NCBI RefSeq assembly: GCF_006345805.1 | Contig: NC_042997.1 | Span: 163,308,001-163,372,000 of the forward strand | Length of the DNA: 64,000 bases | Source: Octopus sinensis | Lineage: Eukaryota | Direction: 5' to 3' | In this document: positions 56,568 through 64,000 of the stretch, piece by piece | How positions within the stretch are numbered: position 1 is the first letter of the stretch | Layout: each line of letters starts with the position of its first letter | The notes under the pieces: model-generated | Database searches by the model: none | The model's input: only the letters and a program-made list of their open reading frames with translations | Told to the model about the DNA's origin: nothing | Made by a program: the position numbers and the translations under genes

Positions 56568-58006
56568 TATGAGGGAGTAATGCTGGAGCTGTGAAATCTT
56601 GCATGTATTATTTTCTACTCTTTTTATTGTTTCTTTCCCAGGTAAACTGACATCTGATTGTTCAAAGAAGACTTCAAAAGTAACTAGTAGCAATTCTTTT
56701 TGAAAATGGACAAAATTTGACATCATGCTGTTATCAAATACCTGCAAAAAAAAAATATGAGTCATGCTGATACAATTGCTACATAAGGGGATGATGCTTC
56801 AGCTTAACCTATTTCTTTACTACCCACAAGGGGCTAAACACAGAGGGGACTAACAAGGACAGACAAACGGATTATGTCAATTATATCGACCCCAGTGCGT
56901 AACTGGTACTTATTTAATCGACCCTGAAAGGACGAAAGGCAAAGTCGACCTAGGCAGAATTTGAACTCAGAATGTAGCAGCTGACGAAATACCGCTAGGC
57001 ATTTTGCCCAGCATGCTAACGTTTCTGCCAGCTAGTGCAAAAGTGGGCAGCTGAATTTAGGAGGAGGAAGAAGAGTATTGAAGATGACACACAATGTGGA
57101 TGTCCTGCAACTACCACCACTGAGGAAAACATTGATCATGTTCACCACAAGGTGATGAATGACAGGTGATTGACTATAAATCAAAGAGCCAATGTTATTA
57201 ACATGTCCCATGAGAGAATTGAGAATATTTTGCACAATAAACTTGGCATGAGGAAGGTTTCTGCTTGGTGGGTGCCATGTCTTCTGACACCTGATCAAAA
57301 GCACATCAGGCTGATCACATCACAGGAAAATCTGACATTATTTCAGGCAGATCCAGCTGGTTTCCTTGAAAGTTTCCAACCCAGGATGAGTGTTGGCTAC
57401 ATCACTTTGAGCCAGAGACAAAAAGACAATCCATGCAGTGGAAACAACCATCCTCTCCAAAGAAGACCAAGCTTGTTTCATCTGCAGGGAAGGTGATGGT
57501 TTCAGTTTTTGGAATGCAAAAGGAATTGTGATTATTTACTCTCTTCAAAAGGGCCACATCATCAGTGGAGAGTACTATGCCAATTTGCTGAAGCAGTTAT
57601 AAAAGGGGTAATCCAGACTAAACATCAGGAAAACTAACAAAAGGGGTCTTGTTTCACCTTCTACAAGCCTTGGCTTCAATGGCTGTTGTGTGTGACTGTA
57701 GCTTTGAACTGTATGATCATCTTCCCTATTCTCCTGATTTGTCCCCATCAGACTATCATCTGTTCCCCAACATGAGAAAACGCTTGGCTAGGGACCAGTG
57801 TCATTGATCATAACATCATATCTACTGTTGATTTTTTTTTGACCAACAAGATGAAAGCTTCTTCACCAACGGGATAAAAGCACTGCAATACTGATGGAAG
57901 AAGTGTGTGGAATGTGAGGGGGACTATGTTGAAAAATAAACACCATTTGGTCACATTCCATGAGAATATCTTGGTCAGCCTATGAACTTTTCAGCTGACC
58001 CTCATA
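56568..58006 (+). pseudogene. Near full-length decayed mariner (DD34D) transposon with a nested SINE
   Basis: MDKI...VQKWAAEF...KVSAWWVPCLLT...SAGKVMVSVFWN...LPYSPDLSPSDYHLF. Termini TATGAGGG (56568) and CCCTCATA (58006). SINE at 56807-57033 (-). Confidence 0.9.
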
Positions 58007-59252
58007 AGTTACACTTCTTGGAAGGATTTCAATATGTGTGCTACAAATCAGTACATCATTTGTACTCTGAGAAACTAAAAATTATATAAGTTTATCACTA
58101 AATATTTTCCATTTTTTTTCAATAAGTGTAGAAGACAATCCTAGGCATGTTTTAGTCTTATTATGGTTTCATCAGCAAAGCATAAACCTCACTATACTTA
58201 CAGGTGTAGTGAGGAAATCAAAACCACCACCACTGCCTCCACCATCACTATTATCAACAACAACAACAAAAACAGCAGCCGCATTATAGTTAACTATCAT
58301 GTATTTTGTGTCTTTAAATTGTCTTTACTAAATAAGGTCATAAATTCTTTTGAGTTTGGTGAAGAGGATTCAACTGTAGTACTGAAAAGATGAAAGACTA
58401 AGTTGACCTAAATAGAATTTATACTCTGAATTCAGAGAACCAAAACAAATATCGTAAAACATTAACTATAGTTCTTTATAATTGCGAGCTTTAATATAAA
58501 TTTAAAAACAGAACATTGGAAATTATGTAGAATTAGCAGTGCTACAAAGTTATGAAAGGTATGAGTTCCATCAAATGATAAATGGATAGAAATTATCAAA
58601 TCACTTTGTAGAATATTCTGAAAGAGAAAAAAAAAATGTGAAAGAAACTGAAATAGGATAATTTACTAAATGAAATAGGCATTTGCATACATAGTTTCCT
58701 TAACAACAGATACAGGATTTTCTTTAGAAAACTTAACCAATATTCAACCAGTATTAGGAACAGTTTTTAAAGTTGACCCTTTTTTTTTTTTAATGGGATA
58801 CATTACATACATTTAATTAATTTTGAACATAAGAGTTCAGAGATTTAGTAAAAATGACTATCATTTTTTGCTGTTTATGTACTGTTTGAAACAGCAAAAA
58901 TATCTGATTTAAAATTGATATGAAAGTTTTCAATGCTTTAAAATAGGATGTTTGGTATCAAAGCTCAAGAGGCAGTCTCAGACGTGTGGGTTTGAAAAGG
59001 CTTCTGGGAGGCTCTTTGACTAATGAAATTGGAGAACATACATAGCAGCCATAGCATTGGGTCTGTTGCTTTTCGTCAGCAAATGAGTATTTTGAAAGGT
59101 TATGAAATGTTGTTGTTATGTTTGATGAAATAAATGTCATTAATGTACTTATTTAATAATCATAAGTGGTTCTTGTACACCATGCAAGTATAGGACATGT
59201 TTCTTTGTATGAGAACTATTTAGAAATAGTATAGCCAGCCAATGGAGATAGC

Positions 59253-59335
59253 AATATATATATATATAATATATGTATTTGTATATATATATAATATATA
59301 TATATATATATAATATATGTATTTGTATATATATA

Positions 59336-59376
<41 letters not shown>

Positions 59377-59384
59377 TATGTATT

Positions 59385-59427
<43 letters not shown>

Positions 59428-59460
59428 CTATATATGTATACATACATACACACACACAAA
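59253..59460. repeat. Compound (AT)n/(AC)n microsatellite
   Basis: Long imperfect TA run with periodic TGTATTTGTA interruptions. Confidence 0.95.
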
Positions 59461-60724
59461 GAGTAGAAAAGAGAAAGAAAGTGGGGAGCCAGACACCAGT
59501 TTGATTTGATGTGATGAAATTACAAGTGAGGTATTTACTGCAATGTAATTAATTATCCACAATGAATTTACAGTCAACTGTCAGGTGATGGTATCAAACT
59601 GGGCAATGGGTTAGTCTGTTATTTACTATTCTACAGACTTTATCGAGAAATGGTTTGTTCTGTAACATGAAACACCATAATTAATTCATTGTACACCATA
59701 CAGGTTTTGGAGGATAATTTGAAATGTATTGTATATCTTTTGACCATGTTATTTTAGTCTCATTGCAAAAAATAAACAAACCAGAGCCAGTGCTAGGATA
59801 TTTAGCACCCTCAACCAACCATGTAATGTTTTCCATCTTCTCCTAGCCCTACAGAGTATGTGCTCTTCTCATAGTCTCACAAGATGCACCTAGTTCTCAT
59901 ATCCCTACAATATGTTTCCCCATTTCACAGCCTACATTGTACACCTCCTTTAACAACTTTTTCTACAAATTCCTCTGGTCATTGTCCTCATTACACCAGC
60001 TGAAAAATGCAGTTGCAAATTTATAACTAACTTGCATTCAAGAAATCTATAGCATTATTATCAGGCATGTCACTGAGTAAATTTTTTAACTGGTAAAATT
60101 TTAAATGCTTCAAGTCAAATTATGTATCAGGTCATAATACTATATGATGCTCTCATCTTTCCCACTCCAACGCTGTCCTCCATCCTTTTATGTTCAAGAA
60201 GTGCCCTCTTTTACTCTCCCTGCTCACATTTCTGGCTTGCTTTGATGTGAGAAGTGAAATAGCTTATCTTTAATTGTGTTTACTCAGACATTAGTTATCT
60301 TGGGGTAAAAGACAGAGAGATATGAGTTTCCACATCTTGCTGAAACTCTGTCTTTGATTTTTGTGGTTAGAGGTAAGGAAATGGAGTTCATGGATTCTTC
60401 ATAACATGGTTATGTAGGGACCAAGAATCATATGTTGCTCACTATTGAGTCTCTCAACCTTTGCAGTTGTCCTGGTCTACTTGGCAAGAGGTGAGGTTCA
60501 TGAATTGTTTGGTTGCCCTCAACACTCTGCTATTAGATCTTTTAGTAAAATGGTAAATTCCATTGTCTCGACCACGGTTGAACAATGATGATGGTGATGA
60601 AATCTTTTAGAAAAGCATGCAGATCTCAAGGATATTGACTTTTGTTCTTGCTGTGTGGCCTAATCAGCTGCAAGACGATTAGTCAATTAATAGTGCATGC
60701 ACATGACAAATACATGCCTGAATT

Positions 60725-60957
60725 AGGGTGGTGAGCTGGTAGAATTGTTAGCACACTAGGCAAAATGCTTAGCGGTATTTTGTCTGCCGCTATGTTCTGA
60801 GTTCAAATTCCACCAAGGTCGACTTTGCCTTTCATCTTTTCGGGGTCGATAAATTAAGTACCAGTTATGCACTAAGGTCGATGTAATCAACTTAATCCGT
60901 TTGTCTATCCTTATTTGTCCCCTCTATGTTTAGCCCCTTGTGGGCAATAAAGAAATA
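60725..60957 (+). mobile_element. tRNA-derived SINE with TSD
   Basis: 17-bp direct repeat AAATACATGCCTGAATT at 60708-60724 and 60958-60974. Confidence 0.88.
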
Positions 60958-62853
60958 AAATACATGCCTGAATTGTGGTTCATGCACAATTTTGAACTGA
61001 TAATTTAGAAAAAGTGTTGTGAATCCTAGAACTCACTACTAGCATGTTGTTTCTATTTTGTTGTTAATGTATAAAGATAGCAGTCTTTTGTTATTGCAGT
61101 TTAATCCCAAGTCAGCCCTGATCAAGGAAACTGATGATCAAAAGCTATTTTCAAAGGGTTATTGCTACTGTTGAGGCTGTTGTTTAGCTCCAAGTCAGAC
61201 CTATGATTAAAAGCATTCTAGCTACGACCATCCCATACTTTTTTTCAGATGTACTGTTTCTAAAACTACAAACTATATAATCCTTCATTTTTTTTAAGAA
61301 GGCAGGGTATGATCTGATGAAGATTGGCTGCTGTTTCTAGTGGGTCAAGCAACCACAGCAGAAGTTCCCTTGATGACTGAATGTACACAGAATAAAAGAT
61401 ATCTGAGACTTGGTTAACCAGAGTTGAGCATTAGTTGTATAACTGAGTTTTGTAATTCATAAAAATAAAAAAAGAATGAACATGATCAGATTAGATATCT
61501 ACTCTAACAAAATGATGAAATTATATCCATATTTGGTGAATATTATACAAATTAGATGCATTGATTAATTGTGCATATGAAAATAATGCAATTATGTGTA
61601 AGCTTTAATGTTTTAGCATTTACAACCAGCCATATCAGGCCCAAGCATTCTACCTATTCTGTGTTCAAACTAGCCACCTACCCTATGTCATTCTAAAATG
61701 AGCAATCACATCATTGAACTCATCATCATCATCATCGTTTAGCGTCTGCTTTCCATGCTGGCATGGGTTGGACGGTGCAACTGGGGTCTGGGAAACCAGA
61801 AGGCTGCTCCAGGCCCAGTCTGATCTGGCAATGTTTTTACGGCTGGATGCCCTTCCTAATGCCAACCACTCCATGAGTGTAGCAGGTGCTTTTTACGTAC
61901 CACCGGCACAGGTGCCAGACGAGGCTGGCAACGGCCATGATCAGATGGTGCTTTTTACGTGCCACCGGCACGGAAGCCAGTCGGGGTGGCACTGGCAATG
62001 GCCACGTTCGGATGGTTGTTGCCAGCGCCGCCCCGACTATCTGGAAGAAATGAAATAATTCATGATTAATTCAAAATAATGTGAATAAGTGAGTATTACA
62101 GTTGGCAGAGTAGTCTGAATTCTAATGGATTAAACATTTTTGTATTTTTTAAGTTAAAATTTTAGTTGAAGTATGATTTATTAAAATTCAATGCAATCAT
62201 TCTGAGAATTAATCCAAAATTGTAAAACCATGTTGGCAACCAAAATCAAAGAGTAATGCAGCTATGAGTAGTATGAAAACAAAAATGATTCAGGTTTTAT
62301 AAGGGTTGCAGTATTGCTTTGAACAGCATTGCTTGAAGACTTTTATTGGGCAATTTTCCCAATAGACTATTGCTTGGGGAAAAACTCAAAGATATTGCCA
62401 ATTACCCTAATTGAATTTGTTGTGCATAAACATTGAATTTCCAACAACAGTACATCTGACTCCTTTTCTTCAGGATCTGTTTATGATGGTTCATTAAAGC
62501 TCAAATATTTTAAAACCAAGAATAGTTTTACAAAACTTTTCAAAAGAAGAAATTTTACCAAAGTATATAGACATGAAATTGTCTTAAACATAATACACAC
62601 ACACACACATATATATATACTTTATTGTGGGTTAACAAAGCTACCATTGGTTTCTTGCCGAGAGAAATCTCTCAACATTTATCAAGCTTGCCACACTGTC
62701 ATATGGGACATTGGTACTCTCTCAACAATTATGAAAATGTACATCATCATCATTTAACGTCCGTTTTCCATGCTAGCATGGGTTGGATGGTTCAACCAGG
62801 GTCTGGGAAGCCAGGAGGCTGCACCAGGCTCCAGTCTGATCTGGCAGTGTTTC

Positions 62854-62949
62854 TACAGTTGGATGCCCTTCCTAACGCCAACCACTCCGTGAGTGTAGCA
62901 CCCACTACACTCACGGAGTGGTTGGCATTAGGAAGGGCATCCAGCTGTA
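62854..62949. repeat. 45-bp fold-back inverted repeat with a 6-nt loop
   Basis: Arms 62854-62898 and 62905-62949, two mismatches, loop CACCCA. Confidence 0.92.
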
Positions 62950-63444
62950 TAAATATAAATGAATATGTCTGTACATATATATCTATGAGTGTGTTTGTAT
63001 GTCTTTATCTTGACATCATGTACAACTAAATATAAACAAAAGAATACTGTCATACAATCAGTATCAATTGTTTGCTATCTTCTGTGAAATCCTGTCCAAT
63101 CATCACATTGCTTACATTTAAAGGACTAGGGAAAATATTAACTTTCTTAGAAACAAGTGAGGAAGGTCATCCATCTACCTCAGTGAATTTCATCTGATGC
63201 ATACAACCATGGGAAAGTGGACATTAAAATGACAATGATGAAGATGACGATATATCATCATCATTATCTTTGTTTCAACATCCACTTTTCCATGCTTGCA
63301 TGGGTCAGATAGAGTTTATTGAAGTGGCTAGATGCCTTCTTGTCACCAACCCTCACTGGCTTCCCAGCAAAGTAATATTTCCCCCATGGCCATTCATGTT
63401 CTTGCAGAATATTGGAAATGAATGACCCTAGCTACCTGTAAATA

Positions 63445-63664
63445 TATGGTGGGGTGCTGAAAAGTTCCTGACTTTTAGGGTATCATGAAAGGCCTGGTTG
63501 GAGGCCCAACTTTGTGAGTTCTTTTGCAAAGCTTAGGGAAACTAAAGGACCATTGCAATAAATGTGTGAATCCGAGAGAGGAATATGTTGAATAAAATCA
63601 TAATTAACTGATCCTCCTATATTTTCTTTACTCAAAGCCAGGAACTTTTCAGCAACCCCTCGTA
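63445..63664. mobile_element. mariner-derived MITE
   Basis: TA-flanked TIRs GGGGTGCTGAAAAGTTCCTGACTTT / AAAGCCAGGAACTTTTCAGCAACCCC; the interior resembles a mariner transposase 3' end (compare 57880-57940). Confidence 0.85.
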
Positions 63665-64000
63665 TGTATGTGCTAAGTGCATAAAAGCACCCACTACACT
63701 CTGTAAAGTGGTTGGCATTAGGAAGGACATCCAACGATAGAAAGCATGTCAAAACAGCTCTTCAGCTGACCAGTTCCTGTCAAACCGTCCAACCCATGTC
63801 AGCAGGGAAAATGGACATTAAACAATGATGATGATGTGTGTATGTAATTAAGTGCTTTGCAATATTTAACAATGTAATTTAAAATCATTTGACTGTAAAA
63901 AATGTACTTTGGAATACAATCTTGAAATGATTTGATTGTAGCAATGTACTTTGGGTAATATTATGATATTTTGGAATACAAATAATGTTTTTTGAAATAA

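Noticed and set aside
58958-59140. Possible exon of a neighbouring gene (CxxC-like YGCYVC)
   Set aside because: No recognisable domain, no consistent splice signals and no partner exons.
59220-59509. YI-repeat ORFs on both strands
   Set aside because: Translation of an (AT)n microsatellite.

Overview
AT-rich animal genomic DNA, most likely a coleoid cephalopod (Octopus-like); this is inferred from the SINE/MITE families and is not proven. Positions 432-49670 on the minus strand hold one intron-rich gene. I assembled it by hand into 26 coding exons with consistent splice phases (3930 nt including the stop, about 1309 aa). It encodes a TDRD5/Tejas-type piRNA-pathway protein: an N-terminal extended LOTUS domain, three further LOTUS domains, one extended Tudor domain, a low-complexity linker, an unannotated ~120-aa globular-looking domain, a coiled coil and an S/R/P-rich tail. 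The introns and the upstream 14 kb are full of transposon relics: tRNA-derived SINEs, RTE and CR1 LINE 3' ends, Tc1, mariner, Buster-type hAT, TTAA-flanked piggyBac-like and Kolobok-like MITEs, a mini-Helitron and a decayed Gypsy pol. The main points for follow-up are a minimal type I hammerhead-ribozyme motif with a palindromic stem III (4121-4250), a second hammerhead core in a tRNA-headed element (30081-30232), the four-LOTUS plus extra C-terminal domain architecture, and several fold-back structures. No second protein-coding gene, true tRNA/rRNA gene or CRISPR array could be supported.
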